Assembly: GCA_032718475.1 (NCBI GenBank)
Contig: JAUCBJ010007122.1
Span: 1-64,000, forward strand
Source of the DNA: Nemertoderma westbladi
Taxonomy: Eukaryota; Animalia; Xenacoelomorpha
Direction: 5' to 3'
Length of the DNA: 64,000 nucleotides
Of this stretch, positions 24,757 to 38,277 are shown piece by piece. Numbering within the stretch: the stretch's first letter is position 1; every line of letters starts with the position of its first letter. Made by a program: the position numbers and the translations under genes. Below the pieces are notes generated by a model that did no database searches, had not been told where the DNA came from, and saw only the letters and a list, made by a program, of their open reading frames with translations.

Positions 24757-24837
24757 GTACTGGCAACTAACAGGAAAAGGTGGGGTCTATATATATATAT
24801 ATAAGTTTTAAAGGGGAATACCTGATAGGTGAATCCC

Positions 24838-26533
24838 AGAAGTAAAGTAGAACCCTGTAATTACAGACCTGTTAGTATCTTAAGTATTGTATCTAAAATT
24901 CTAGAACTTTCTGTTTTTCTACAGCTGGAGGCACATCTTAGTAGGCTAAATCTGATCTATGAACTTCAGTCCGGTTTTCGTAAATCATATTCTACAGACA
25001 CCTGCCTTATTAACTTAACTGATACAATTAGACGTAATAACGCAAAGGGTTTATATACTGGTATGGTAATGTTGGACCTACAAAAGGCTTTCGATACTGT
25101 AGATCACGAAATTCTGCTTGTTAAGTTAGGCCTGATGGGTGTAGGTTCTATAGACTGGTTCAAGTCCTATCTGTCAGACAGAGGTCAAACTGTAGTCATT
25201 AGCAAATCGCTGTCTACTGTACAAGAGATTACCTGTGGTGTACCGCAAGGTAGTATATTAGGTCCTCTGCTTTTTGTATGCTATGTAAATGATATGATAA
25301 GTAGTATAGATCCCGATTTTAAACTCATTTTATATGCCGACGACAGTGCTCTTATTTTCTCTCATAAAGATCCTATCCATATTTCCCAAAAGTTAAGTGC
25401 AGTTCTAGAATCCTGTAATGAGTGGTTGGTTGATAATAAGCTATCCATTCACTACGGTAAAACTGAAAGTATTTTGTTTGGTTCCAAAAGAAAGTTAAAG
25501 AAGGTAACTAAGTTTGAAGTCACTAGTAATGGACATAAGATTGAAAATAAAAAGGAAGTTAAATATTTAGGCGCCACATTGGATAACTGCTTATCAGGAG
25601 AAAGTACAGTGAAAAATATTTTCTCGAAAGTTAACAGTAGGCTTAGGTTTCTATACAGAAATAAAAATAGTTTAAACACCGACTCCCGCAAGTTACTTTG
25701 CTCTTCTTTAATACAGTGTCACATGGACTATGCGTGCTCTTCTTGGTATGAAGGCTTAACCAAACAGCTTAAATGTAAATTACAAGTAGCTCAGAATAAA
25801 GTAGTACGATTTATTAAAGACTACAAACCTAGGCACCACCTAACTCCAGATGACTTTTCTGAATCAGGACTACTTAACTTAGATAGTAGAGTTAACCAGC
25901 TACGCCTTAACCATGTGCATAAAGTGTATAATGGTAAATGTCCCAATTACCTAAAACAAAAATTAAACAGAGTACGCGATACACACTCTTACAGTACCAG
26001 AGCTAGTGCTTCAAACTTCTACCTCCCGAATTGTAAATCCTTTGAATCTGATACTTTCTTTTTTAACGGCATAAAAAATTGGAACGCTCTGCCTAATGAA
26101 ATTAAAAACCTAAATAATCAACATTCTTTTAAATCTGCAGTTAAATCTCATCTCCGTGTGCAATGTAAAAATAGGTACAATAGTCCTACAGTAAGTTATT
26201 AGTTTATTAATTATTTACTATTTATACTGTAAATACGTTTTATAATAAATTGTTCTGTACATTACATCTTTATCGTTGAGTCGGGCATTGTCACGCTCTC
26301 GGTAAAGTTGTACATGTACATAGTGTAATTACGTTTTATATTGGTTTTAGGTTAGCGTAGTGTAATATTGTATTTGTAACCAAGTAACATAAAGGACCCC
26401 CTTGGAAATAAGCTGCAAAGCTTTAGGGGTAATCCTATATGTTATGTTGGACAATACCTTTATACCGGTACATTGTTTGGTGTATTTGTTATTGTTTTTA
26501 CATAATGTATAAATAAATCTATCTATCTATCTA
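24838..26533 (+). mobile_element. 5'-truncated L2/Crack-type LINE
   Basis: Open RT frame 24829-26202 (NYRPVSILS, DLQKAFDTVDH, GVPQGSILGPLLF, YADD, YLG). 3' stem-loop GACCCC..GGAAATAAGC..GCTTTAGGGG and (TCTA)n tail. Confidence 0.88.
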
Positions 26534-27274
26534 GAAAGGTTAACGTCTATGTACTGTATAACTTAAGGTAATTGTGATAGGGAAAGTACACCGAGTTAGT
26601 TGTAAGCTGTCAATCTAAAGTACAAATATAGGGTTGCAGGTTGGGTTATAAGGTTGGGAGAAGTTGATAGGGGAATCCCAGGAGCGGTCATGTGTCTACA
26701 TACTGAATGGTATAATTGGATTAGGTAGGATACATAGGATTATGAGGTATCTACTTAAAGCGCATGGTTAGGTAGAATGCAACATAATGATAGCTGTAAT
26801 TTTTACAGAGTAAGAAATCACAAGAAACAGAAAAACCAAGACAAAAACAAAAAGGAAGGTAGGGGAAAAGCACATAAAAACCCCTGAAATTCGCTATAGA
26901 GGGCACTGTATTATTATTATTATTATTATTATTACACCCATAGTCAATAATTGCACATATGAAATTTATTTCAAATAAAATAGATCATTAGATAAAAATA
27001 TATACAGTAAGTAGTGGGGGAGGAGACTAACCAGGCCCGTGCACTTATACGGTTAGCCATTCCATTATTTAAGTTAATTAATTTGTATACTAATCGTTAT
27101 AAGTACATGTAAAAGTAACTAAAAAGTATTAAATAATTAAACGTTTCCCTGATAAAAATATTTTTCTAAAAAATATTGTTAAAGATATTTTTCTACTGCC
27201 CGTACTGAAATTGATATATTAACAATAAATAGTATTATATGATAACATGAGTTATGCCAAAAATAACCCAATTA

Positions 27275-30100
27275 TTATAAAAATCTGTTAAAACTGCAGT
27301 ATTTTAAAAGGTCTACATCCCGTGCTAAAATATTACTAAAAATATTAATGTTTGGGGCTGATGCAGCATTAGAAGGTAGGTCGTTCCACATACTAACTAT
27401 CCTATTACAAAAATATTTCTGACAAATTTGTAGGCGGCAAAAATTGTGTTGCAATTTATATTGGTGACCTCTAAGACCTCTTCGTGAAGCAAAGCTAAAA
27501 AAATCATCAAAATTCATTTGCACTGCACCGGTGATTATAGAGTAAACCTGTTTTAAATCAAACACATGACGTCTAACTTCGAGTGGTTGTAAGTTTAAGT
27601 ACTCAAGTCTATCTAAATAAGGCACCATGGTTAATTTACATCTAAAAAATAATCTGCGCGTAAAATATCTCTGTACGTGTTCGATCAGATCTATATGTCC
27701 TTTGGTAAAAGGAGACCAAATTACTGTACAATATTCCAATAAGGGACGCACGTAAGATTTATAAGCACAAATTAGGGCTGCCATATTACGAGTACGAAAA
27801 CATCTAAAAATCATATTGATTACTTTAGTTGATTTCAGAGCACGCTCATGGCAATGTTTATTAAATTTAAAATCAGAAGAAATCGTAACTCCCAGATCCT
27901 TACAATCATCCTCTGCTTTAACAAGTTTACTATCTAGAAAATATTGCTGTTGAGGGTTATTGTAACCTAAATAGAGCACTATACATTTGTGTGGAGCGAT
28001 TTTCAACTGCCATTTATTAGACCATTCTGTGATTTTGTACAGGGACTGTGATATCAATAAGTGGTCGCTGGATGCCGCATATATTTTGACGTCGTCAGCA
28101 AATAGTTTACACGATAACCCTAAAGTAAAAATATCCGGTAAATCGTTAATAAAAAGCACAAATAAAATTGGACCTAGTACGCTACCTTGTATGGTGCCCG
28201 ACGTAACTGGACTATAATCCGAGAAACTACTACCAACTAAAATACGTTGTGATCTATATGCGAGAAAAGCCTTTAACCAATAAAATAAGTCACCTACTAT
28301 ACCGTAAGAAGAAAGTTTACATAAAAGTTTTTGGTGCACAACAGAATCAAAGGCTTTCGCAAAGTCTATGTAGATTACATCAACAGTGCACTTTCTATCT
28401 AATAATTTAATCCAATCCTTTGTACATTCTAATAGCTGGGTACATGTAGACTTATTTTTTAAGAAGCCATGTTGGGCCTTATTAATTAATTTGTTAGTAA
28501 ATAAGTAATCACACAAATCTTGTTTAATACACTGCTCCATAATTTTACACGCAATACAAGTCAATGAAACGGGTCTGTAGTTATATGGGTCACTCGAGTT
28601 TCCTTTTTTGTACAACGGGACAATAATAGCTGTAGACCAAATTGAAGGAAGGGCATGTGATTTAAAAGAAATATTAAAAATAACAGATAACGGTAAAAAT
28701 AAAACTGACGCTAAATTACTGAATAAAATGCACGGAAAACCGTCAGGCGTACGACTTGTTTTAGAACCTAATTTACGAATAATTGAGAAAACACGATCAA
28801 CTGAAAAATCGACTTTAGAAATATATACAGATTGCGGGACCCTCCGCGTAAATGTAGGGCAATCGTTATTATCAATATTAAAGTTGTCTGACAGAACCTT
28901 AGCGAAAATATCAGCCTTGACGGCATCATCTACAATTGTGGCACCATTAATTGAAAGAGGTGAAATTCCTTGTCTAGATTTGCACTTTAAGTTTACGTAA
29001 TTAAACAAAACATTCGCCTTTCCACTGTTTAGAATTTTATATTCTCGTAAACATTCAGATCGGAGAATTGCCTCCGACAGTTCCTTACAACAACGGTTGT
29101 AATCTGATTTACCGATCTCCGTGTGGCGCCGGCGCCAAAGTAACTTTTTCTTTCGTTGTAGTGCGCGAATGTGATGTGGGTACACCTTTTTCTTAGTGTT
29201 TAGTAGTTTGTATGGTACAAATTTATCAACACCGTCTTTAAGTACTGTTGAAAAAACGTTCCAAAATTCATCAATCGTACTGCACGAGTCAAAATTGAGG
29301 TGCCAATTAATGTTCGAAATGTAATGGGAAAATCCTACAAAATCAGCATTTTTAAAATCGTAAAAACCCAAATTGTTAACTGGAATTAAAATGTCTGGTC
29401 CTAAAGTATAAAAGTTTACTATTGAGTGGTCACTGGTTGAAAAAGTATGCCCTACTTCAACATCAGACACAATTGATTCGTCAGAAACTAAAATTATATC
29501 TAGAATATTATCCTCACGAGTGGGTCTTGTAACCAGTTGATCAAAACCATTTTCTAAAATAAATAAAGAAAACTATTCGTAGTTGTGGCTTGATGGGTAA
29601 TTAAAATCCTTCCAGTTAAAATCAGGCAGATTGAAATCACCTACCACGAGACATGGTTGGGTGACGTCGCACAGCGATGAGATACATTGCCTCAGTTTGC
29701 AGTCCAGTTCCAACTTCTCCGCTCTCTCTTCTCCGGTTTCAGAATCTGGGGTTCTGTAGGCACAAACCATACGGAAAGGAGTCGACCCGAGAAAATCGAC
29801 AGCGACCACCTCGAGTCCATCCAGGTTGTTAGGGAGAGGCACATTCACACAACGAATGTTGTTGCGCACCAGTATTGCCACCCCGCCGCCAAGAGAGGGG
29901 CGATCTTTTCGAAAAACCTGATGCTGTTTGAAACCCACCATTGAATCAGTGACCGATCCGTCCAACCAAGTCTCGGTGATAGCGAGGACGTCGTAATTAG
30001 AGGAAACGATCAAATGTTCGAGATCATGTATCTTGTTTTTCAGCGATCTAGAGTTCAGTAGACAACATTTCAGGCGCAGATCTGTATTGCCTCCTCCCCT
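27275..30100 (-). pseudogene. CR1 ORF2 (APE + RT) with one premature stop at 29573
   Basis: LNSRSL, AITETWL, GGGVA, VGDFN, SDH, NYRPVSLT, DFAKAFDSV, QGSVLGP, FADD, KDLG. Confidence 0.93.
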
Positions 30101-30102
30101 CT

Positions 30103-31321
30103 CTAGTTTTCCTCTTGGTCGGCAGTAGTGTTGTTTTCTTCGGTTGTCGCCTGTGCTGGAGATTTAGCGGCGGGCGTTGGCAATCTCCACTTCCTATCGC
30201 GTTTCCATTTCCCATTCTCGTCCGGGGTATACCGCCAAATAGACCCGTCTTGCCGTAAGCTGTAACTCTCCGAGTCGAGATCAGCCGCTAAGTTTAGTTG
30301 TTGCAACGTTTTCTTCCGTTCTCTAAACAGCTTCAGTTGCTCCTTAGATTGACTCGGTCTGATTTTTAGGTTTTTGATTATTTCCGGTACAGTTCCAGAA
30401 CTCTTTGCTTCTTCGAAACCCGACCGAAAGTTCCGCGCTTCGCTTTCCGAAGTGAAAGTAACTTTCACAATGCGCTCCTTATCATCGGTTTGTCGCCCCA
30501 GCCATTGAAACTCGTTTATCGAAGAAGAGTTTACATTGGATGCCACACAGACATCCTTTACCGCTTGTCTGTCGGCCGCCAGGTTCGCTGATTCAGGCAA
30601 ACGAGAGATTATCACCTCTCTTTTCAGTTTCTCTGAAGATAACGCTCTCCACGGACTCCACAACTTGTGACAGCACAATGTTATTCCGTGCCGAGTTCCG
30701 AGATCCGCGGATTCGAGCCTTCCGGCTTATCTTTTTGTTTCGTCGCGTTTCCTATTCTCCCTCGTCGTCGCTGACTTCCTCGCTCTCCTCCGCTGACAAG
30801 TCGGAGTCGCAAACTACCCCGAGATGTGCTTTAACGGAACTGATTTCCGCCACTACTGATTCGATGAGTTTCGTTTGATTTTCGACAATGAGTTTTAACT
30901 CGTTTACAGTTGATCGATTGCTCGTCGCCTCCTCCTCTGCCGCAGTGACCACTTGAATGAAGGTTGCACACTTGCTGCAAAACCATTTAAATTGGCTGTA
31001 CCTGTTAAACTTTTCGAGTAATTCAGAAACAAGTTTATACGACGGAAGTGAAATGTTCTCACATTTGGCGTGGAACCAAACCTTACAACCGTCACATGTA
31101 ATACCGTTGTCTTGATCCTGTACCAGGAAGGAACATCGTCCGCAATTATATGTGCTTAGCTCGGCTACGCTGCCGGCACGTGTACCGGGTTGCGCAGATT
31201 TGTGGACTATGCCGCCACCAGCCGCTCTAGGAGAAGTTGTTGGCGTTGCAAGTCGAGCAGAATTTTGAGGAGGAACAGTAGGTTGGCGAATAGTTTCTTT
31301 GGGTCGGCGCGTTGTCGCCAT
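30103..31321 (-). pseudogene. CR1 ORF1 (PHD finger, coiled coil), disrupted
   Basis: CGRC..CDGCKVWFHAKC..WFCSKC. Broken by a stop at 30752 and a frameshift. Confidence 0.88.
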
Positions 31322-31511
31322 TCCCGGTAAAACAGTTCAACAGTTGTTTGTGATATTTAAAACAAACCAAATTTAAAAATTCCGTACGGTGGAGGTATAT
31401 TTACTGGCAGGCTGGTATCGGTACCGGTTTGTTAGTCTGCAGTCTCACTCGCAGTCTGCAGTCTGCAGTGTAGTTGTGTAAGATAAGGGTGTATTATATA
31501 AAACGTTGGGT

Positions 31512-32120
31512 TTAGATTGCTGGTCTTGCTACGTTAAGTGGGGGGTTGTATGTATAGATTAGGTTAGCTTCCGTCGCTAGTAGTTCGGGTATGTTTGTGA
31601 ATTGTTTTATGGTTGCGGTGCGTAGATTTTCTAAACCACAACTGTATATGTGCCAAGCTAGGAGTATGTCTTCGTGTGTTTTTCCGTCATTGGCTTGTGA
31701 GGGGTAGTGTCGTATGTTGTTGCGGTGTCCATTAAAGCGTTCGTGAAGTTTCTGTCTCGTTTGGCCTATGGTAGTATAGAGTAGGGTGGCAGTGGCACCA
31801 GGCCAAGTAACATACAGTGTGGGACTTACATATAGTGTCCTTTTATCTTTTCACCCCATGGTGTCTGTTGTATGTTAGTGATAGTTTTGCATGTAAGGCA
31901 GCGGCTAGAGTTACATGGCTCATTAGTGGTGTTATTTGTGTGTGTTTGCGATTGAGTTTTATTTTTGGTTAGTATTTGTCCTAGTGATGTGGGGTTCTTC
32001 GTGACTACATTAATGTTGATGTCAAGGTCGTAGTTTTTGGAGTATCTACGTACAGTATTTTGGAATATGCCCTTCATCTGTTGGTTAGTGGATAGGTAAA
32101 ATGTGGGTTTCGAGTTAGTG
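31512..32120 (-). pseudogene. Penelope GIY-YIG endonuclease remnant
   Basis: PCNSSRCLTC, then VCY..C.C..YY(fs)IGQT..L.ERFNGH, then E..LI..YNPPLN. Confidence 0.85.
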
Positions 32121-32130
32121 TCTTTAGTAC

Positions 32131-32170
32131 ATAGTCTGATGCAGACCGGTAGGTCGAAAACGTTTACTAT
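32131..32170 (+). ncRNA. Minimal type I hammerhead ribozyme motif (inverted pseudo-LTR)
   Basis: Identical to the motif at 24717-24756, in the opposite orientation. Confidence 0.75.
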
Positions 32171-32301
32171 TGTATCTTTATCTAATATAATATAACCAGC
32201 TAAAGACCCTCAATACTTAATAACCCTCAATAATTTTTTCTATCATCTTTATAAAAGTTTTACAGGATAATATTGTTAATCTGACTTAAGTTATTTAGGT
32301 T

Positions 32302-33810
32302 GAACAAAGTCTAGACGGTCAGGGCCCCAACCGCAGGTTATCGTGTTCGGAGAACCCGAATCCGTGCTCGGCCACGGTACTAGCATTGCGCAGGCCTTTA
32401 TAGATTGGCCGGAATTTCTGGGAGAAGCTTTTCTCAGAAACTAAGCGAAAACCAACAATAGGATGTTCCTAGCCCCCCCCCCCCCCCCCAAAATTTATCC
32501 AGAAGACTTTTTCCCATATACATTACATTTCAAAAGTCTACGGTTCTCCGTCTAGGGCCAATTTGAGTCAAAAAGTCAGCCTCCCTAGCAACCTCGTTGC
32601 TATGGAGCTACAGCCAAAACGGCTAATGCTACGGAGTTGGGACCGGCGCCAATCAATAGGCAGCATATGGGTTTACCTTCACAACTTCGAGTTTGAAGTT
32701 GCCCGATCATGATCTGTTTTGATCAGCAATCGGACACTCAAGGCTTGCTCCAATCGAAAAACTTAACATTACAAAAAGATTCAGCAACCCCACATTAGTC
32801 ATGATTCCCGTTAAAAGATTTTAAAAAAAGTGAATTCTTCCTTATCAAAACACAAGATCATGATCGCGCAAAGATCGGACTTCGTAAAATCGTAACTAAG
32901 CATTTTGGATATAAACAATTACTGTAGGAAACGTTCAGAACACCACCCTGAGTCAAAAAATTGGCTCGATCGGACAACCGGTTCTCGAAATCTGATACCT
33001 GATCATTAAAGATCGTGTTTTTCGGTTTTTTCAACTTTTCTCGAAAACTTTGTTTGAGACCCCCGATTTTTTTTTTACTAATCGACTTCTATTAATAAGG
33101 GGCAACGTTTGGGCATTTCGAAATTTTCAAAAAGCGATTTGATCACGCCATGATCAGGAAAGATCATGTTTTCGGTTTTATTTCGAAGACCAAGTCCTGT
33201 GAGTTCACCGTATGAAAAAACTTAACATTACAAAAAGATTCCTCACCCTCGAATTAGGGGGGGTAGCCAAAATTTGACCATAAAAAAGTTCAATTCTAGG
33301 GGGTCAAAAGATCATGATCGCGAAATGATCAGTTTTTTCGAAATTACTTCTAAGTATTTTGGGGCAAAACTTTCAAACTAAAAAACATTCACTGGAGTGT
33401 TCTAAGTAGATTAAAAAAAATTTCGACTCAATAGGCCTACTGGTACCGGAGATATGGTCGTCCAAAGTCTGCTTCTGGTAATTCGAAAATATTTCGAAAA
33501 CCCTTAATCGAATTTTTTTCTTGAAAAAATGTGAATGTACAGTTAGTGGACCCGCATCTAACAATATATCATAATCCATATTTCGGATGACAGGTACCGG
33601 TGAAATCAGACTTCACCGAAAAAAATTCAAATTTTAGCTACTCATGTCTGACTATCTCGAAAACTATAATAGGTATGGAAATGCTTTCACTGCAAGAAAT
33701 GTTCGCCTATCAAATGCGCTTTTAACTCTGTGCTCGGATTTTGCATAGTGTCAAAACCTACAACTTAACCCCCCCAGCGGAGGGAACGGAGTGACCGGAG
33801 CGCCAGTACT
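32302..33810. mobile_element. Non-autonomous Helentron/HINE-like interspersed repeat
   Basis: AACAAAG start with GC hairpins. Internal ~455-bp-period diverged duplication (AAAAACTTAACATTACAAAAAGATTC at ~32757 and ~33216). GC-rich end. Confidence 0.45.
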
Positions 33811-34603
33811 ATCTTTCATTATTATGAAGTAATAAGGGCGGTGGGTGGGGTAGGTGGTCAACACTATTTATAGGGTGGAGGGAGGGTCTAGTATAATACT
33901 TTAGGATATTTGATTTCTTTGCAATATAGTTAATAGCTGCCTCAGTCTTATTTATAATATGTTATACATTATACCAAATTATATCAAGTTTTAACATACT
34001 ACATTGTCTACCTGTAGGATAAATATACAATGTAGGGCTCATAATATATTTATAAATAGATTTAGTATATTTACATTGTATAACAGAGTGAATTGATACT
34101 ATTACGGTATTATACTAAAGAAGCCGCTAAGATATATCTGATCAAATGGCAATTTCTGGTATATTATCTATTTCACTATCTTGGGTATATTACTCAATTT
34201 CTAAAACTAAAACAATAAACATTTACTTCACTTCTTGTTTAGTCGCATGGATATATTAATATAAAATACGTCAGTATAATATCTTATGGGGCCAAACCCA
34301 GCGTAATCAGAGTAATGTTTAATTATTATTACAATTGGCACATTGAAGTAAGTAGTACATGAGTTTGATAAAATAATTATGAATCCGTAACTTATTCTAC
34401 TCTACTTCCTCTCACTCTCTCTCTTTCTCTCTCTCTTTCTCACCCTTATTCTACTTACTACCACTACTAACTACTATTACTACTACTACTGACTACTGCA
34501 GAGTTAGGTGTATATTATAAGAGGACGGGGTTCGTGATTATTAGTTATTATCTAAGTGCCCCCCGGCTATAGAGAGTCCACCCTCGGTTGCTTACTGGAT
34601 AGT

Positions 34604-37008
34604 AAACAACAGGTCCTCCAAAGAATGTGCCTTTGGTATATTATATTACGAAGGGGGAAGTTAGAATCACTGCATAAATGCAGTTCATCTAACTTCCCCC
34701 AAATATCCACTGTTGAATAAAATTGAAGCAAAAGTCCAACAAGGTGCGAGTTTTTTAATAAATTGTGTGGTCCATTTGTTATCTGATCTCTATTTATTGT
34801 TTAAAGTTCATTTAAGATCACATTGGTTTTTAGAATATTACAACCTTATTTATTATTAATTTAACCAATCGAACCATTATAAGGACCGGTTATTTGTATA
34901 CATACTCCTAATGCGCTCAGTAAGGTCCAAACAACATATTAATATGAAAATAAAGTATCTGCAACGAAAAGAACCCAATAATACACCATTTTACCTTATT
35001 AAAAAATTGCACATTTGCACACATATTTGCACAAGTGCACTTTAGCGGATCCTAAAGGTGGTTCCTAATTAAAACACTTATGTCTATCCTCTACCGATCT
35101 ACGATGGTGCATGATCAAGTGTCAGTCGCTAAAAGTGTCAAAAATCCAATTTAATAAATCGCGACATTTACGATTTTGGCCCATATTCATGGAAATTTTA
35201 AGTCACTTTATAAACATAAAAAGTTAAACAAATGTTAAGATTATAGTTAGAAATCACTCCAAACTACATTTTAATCCTAAAAATAACATTCTAGGATGTA
35301 TAGACCTTGAAATAATAGTGTTTGAAATATAGAAAAAATGTGCACTATTTAAGTGCATTTTGGACTAAGTGCACATGCGTCTTTTCCCAAGTTGTATCCT
35401 ATTTCACACACTACAATCTATCCTCTATCCAATGAAAAGAGTTTCAGATCAAACGGCCCCGTAGAACCGAAGTTATTGATGTTTAAATATAGTCACTCGA
35501 AAATTTCAAATTCACTTGGTCACATAGTCTAGTGGTTATCAATCATGTTAATGAATCCAAGTTCGCGGGTACGAAATCCAATATTGACCATTCTTAATTT
35601 TTTGTAAAAATATTTTTTTTTTAGATTTTCACTAAAATCGCTCTAACTTCGGTTCTGATGGTCCAAATTCAATAAAATTGGTATATTCTTTGCCGTAATT
35701 TTTTTTTTCTATCTTTTGAGAGGGGGTCATTTTTGGCCCCAAAAAAAAATGAAAAAAGCGGGCAAAAATTACGCGATATTTTTCGACCCTTAAAATTCGT
35801 AATTTTAATTATAAATGTTAAGAAAAAAGATAGCGGAGGTAATTTTCTAAATTTTAAATGTACTTTTGGCGCAATACGCTAAATTATAATAGAGTAGCAA
35901 TTTATTTAAAAAAAAATTTTTTTCGTCCCTTTTTTTAAATATTTTATTTCACACGATCGTCTGCTGCACCAGTTGTATAAAAGCTAATGCGCTGTAACTA
36001 ACGCTGTTAGATAGATAATTTAACGCACTATAAGTCTGTGTAAACAAATCTCCCGTAAGTTAAGTAGTTTTCGAGCTAGACGATTTCCCGCGAAGCGAGT
36101 TTGAAGGGCGAAATTTTATTTTTGGCCCTCATTTTTTTAATAGCGTCCGCGGAGCAAAACCGTTAGCATATTTGAATTCCCCGCATCGATATTGACTGAA
36201 CAAAATCTACGTTAACCAACTAAAGTGAAAAATAAAAAATTATTTGATAAAAACTATTTTTCATATTCTGGCCCTTTTTGGCCCCTATTGTCGACATATT
36301 TTTTGTACCCCCACTCGATAGGAACGTAGCCCCAATGGTCTTCTACGAGTTTCAAAAAAGAATTAGTGGATTCCTACCCGCGTTGTCGAATTAAACATTT
36401 CGGAAATAAAATTTCGAAAAAAGACAGACAAAAACGTACAAATATACGGCCCCTTTTTCCACCCGAAATTTTATTAAATCTCTTACCCCCATTCGATACG
36501 AAGGTAGACCGACTCTTCCTCGTTGCAACCGCGTTACTTTCGTTCCCGTACGTTAAATAGTAGCTGAGTTATTACGGATTCCGTAAAGTCATTTTGTCCG
36601 TTTTTTCAACTTTGACGGACAATAGCTGGAAAACAAGCCCGGAGGCGGGGTATTCCAAGAAGTGGAAATGTCTAATTTAGACCCCCTCTTTCGATTCTCG
36701 GTGTCTCTGGATGCGTCAAATAGAGGTTTTTTAAGAGTCCTAGTGAAAAAAAGACAAAAAAACCAGACAATTGTCCGTCTTGTCCCTCAAAACGATAGAT
36801 TCGCTAAAAGCTCTGAAGAATCTTATTTTTTTGGCATTACGCGTCCCCCCTCGAAAAATCAAGAAAATCGTACCTCCTGGAAATAAATAGGTCGAATGGG
36901 GGGGGGGGGGGGGGGGGGGGGACACCGTTTTCGCAGTAACTACGCGTCCAGTATGTAGACTGCGTCCTTTGGAGGGGCGGCGAATTCACCTCACTCAACG
37001 CCGCCTTT
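34604..37008 (+). mobile_element. Helentron/HINE-like non-autonomous element (copy 2, apparently complete)
   Basis: AAACAAC start. SubTIR CCTCCAAAG (~34616) vs CTTTGGAGG (~36967). 5' hairpin GGGGAAGTTAGA/TCTAACTTCCCC. 3' stem-loop GGCGGCG/CGCCGCC followed by TTT. Confidence 0.6.
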
Positions 37009-37010
37009 AC

Positions 37011-37175
37011 GACCCCCTTGGAAATAAGCTGCAAAGCTTTAGGGGTAATCCTATATGTTATGTTGGACAATACCTTTATACCGGTACATTGTGGTTGGTG
37101 TATTTGTTATTGTTTGGTGTATTTTATTATTGTTTTTACATAATGTATAAATAAATCTATCTATCTATCTATCTA
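37011..37175 (+). mobile_element. Severely 5'-truncated copy of the L2/Crack LINE (3' UTR only)
   Basis: Near-identical to 26395-26533, including the stem-loop and (TCTA)n tail. Confidence 0.92.
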
Positions 37176-37207
37176 TGCTACTGTACGTCTAATAAGAGCC
37201 CACAGTC

Positions 37208-37569
37208 TCAGATTGGGGGACTGAGCCAAGGCCAAACTGGCCCACGGTTGATGGGGGATGAGTGGGAGGTAGCCAGAGTTTTGCGTTTCCGCGAAAAACG
37301 ACGAGTGTAGCATTCATGCTCAGTGAAGGATGATAGGGTGAGCGAATCCCCGCAGCGGCAATCAGCTGGCTCATTTACGTAAGTAAATCCTTGCCCCCCT
37401 GAGGACACGAAACAAGATGGCCAACCAACGTCTTCTTTTCCGAGGACCAAGTCGGGCAATAGTCGCATCTATATTGCGCGAAATGAGTTTTAATGTGGCG
37501 AGATAAATTATCGCTCCGCGTCTCTTTGTCGCAGATGGGGCAGCTAACTTTATTGGTAGACATAGGCAT
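37208..37569 (-). pseudogene. Small intronless C2H2/C2HC zinc-finger ORF, frameshifted
   Basis: CPICDKETRSDNLSRHIKTH followed by CDYC..LVGHLVSC. Continues in another frame with CRCG..FTEHEC. Confidence 0.65.
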
Positions 37570-37839
37570 CTTGAATCTAGAAAAATACGTTGATTATTTG
37601 TAAAAAGATAAAAAATATTGTATACTTGCTAAAAATAAAGTAAAACAGTAGGTATTAATCGGTTACTAGGCAACAATACTGTGTTTGTACAGTTAGGCCT
37701 ATTGCTGTATTGTAACAATCAGTCAGTGAAACATAAAGCAGACAGTCGGCAGTGTCTAGTGCAGTAGTGTTAGTGTACCAGCGGTTAGATAGTGGCAATA
37801 ACCAAGACAGAATAGCGATGGCAGTTATTATTCGTGGAA

Positions 37840-37882
37840 AGAGGGTCTATAAACAGCAGTCAACAGTCAGTCAGTCAGTGCA
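37840..37882 (+). promoter_or_regulatory. Candidate TATA + TCAGT initiator core promoter
   Basis: CTATAAA at ~37847 is followed ~20-30 nt later by tandem TCAGT motifs. Confidence 0.35.
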
Positions 37883-38277
37883 GTAGTGCTAGTGATATAG
37901 TCTGCTAGAAATCAGATGTACCGGTAGCGTTAACCAATACAAATCAACGATAGGTCGAGCTAATTGCTGTGTGAGAACTCAGTTAGTCAGTAGGATATAT
38001 AGTGAAAACTGCAGTATTCATTGTTGTTCAGTGGGGTCTATAACGCTACTATGATGGCACTAGGCTAACTCGAATGATCCGGTATCGGTAGTCGGGTAGA
38101 CAAGCAGATAGGTAGATGTAGGCCTATTGATCGAATGCTTCGATCCTGGTTTAGGCTATCGGTACCACCGCAGTCTGACAGTAATTAATAATGAGCCTAC
38201 TGCAATACTGTTGTACCGGTAGACATTAAATGTAAATTGTTTGCTACCGACATCGAAAGTATAGCTAGATGGTGGAA

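Larger units (their letters stand above)
26911..31470 (-). mobile_element. Near full-length CR1-clade LINE
   Basis: PHD-containing ORF1, APE-RT ORF2, (TAA)n tail at 26911-26934, and a 5' UTR with CTGCAGA repeats. Confidence 0.9.
24608..32251 (-). mobile_element. Penelope-like element: inverted 5' pseudo-LTR, truncated GIY-YIG ORF, 3' pseudo-LTR plus tail; hosts two LINEs
   Basis: Inverted ~110-bp repeats at 24651-24760 and 32127-32250, GIY-YIG remnant, and 12-bp TSD TAAAAGTTTTAC at 24596-24607 and 32252-32263. Confidence 0.88.

Noticed and set aside
34400-34500. (CT)n/(ACT)n tract as a Polinton terminus
   Set aside because: Simple microsatellite with no matching long TIR.
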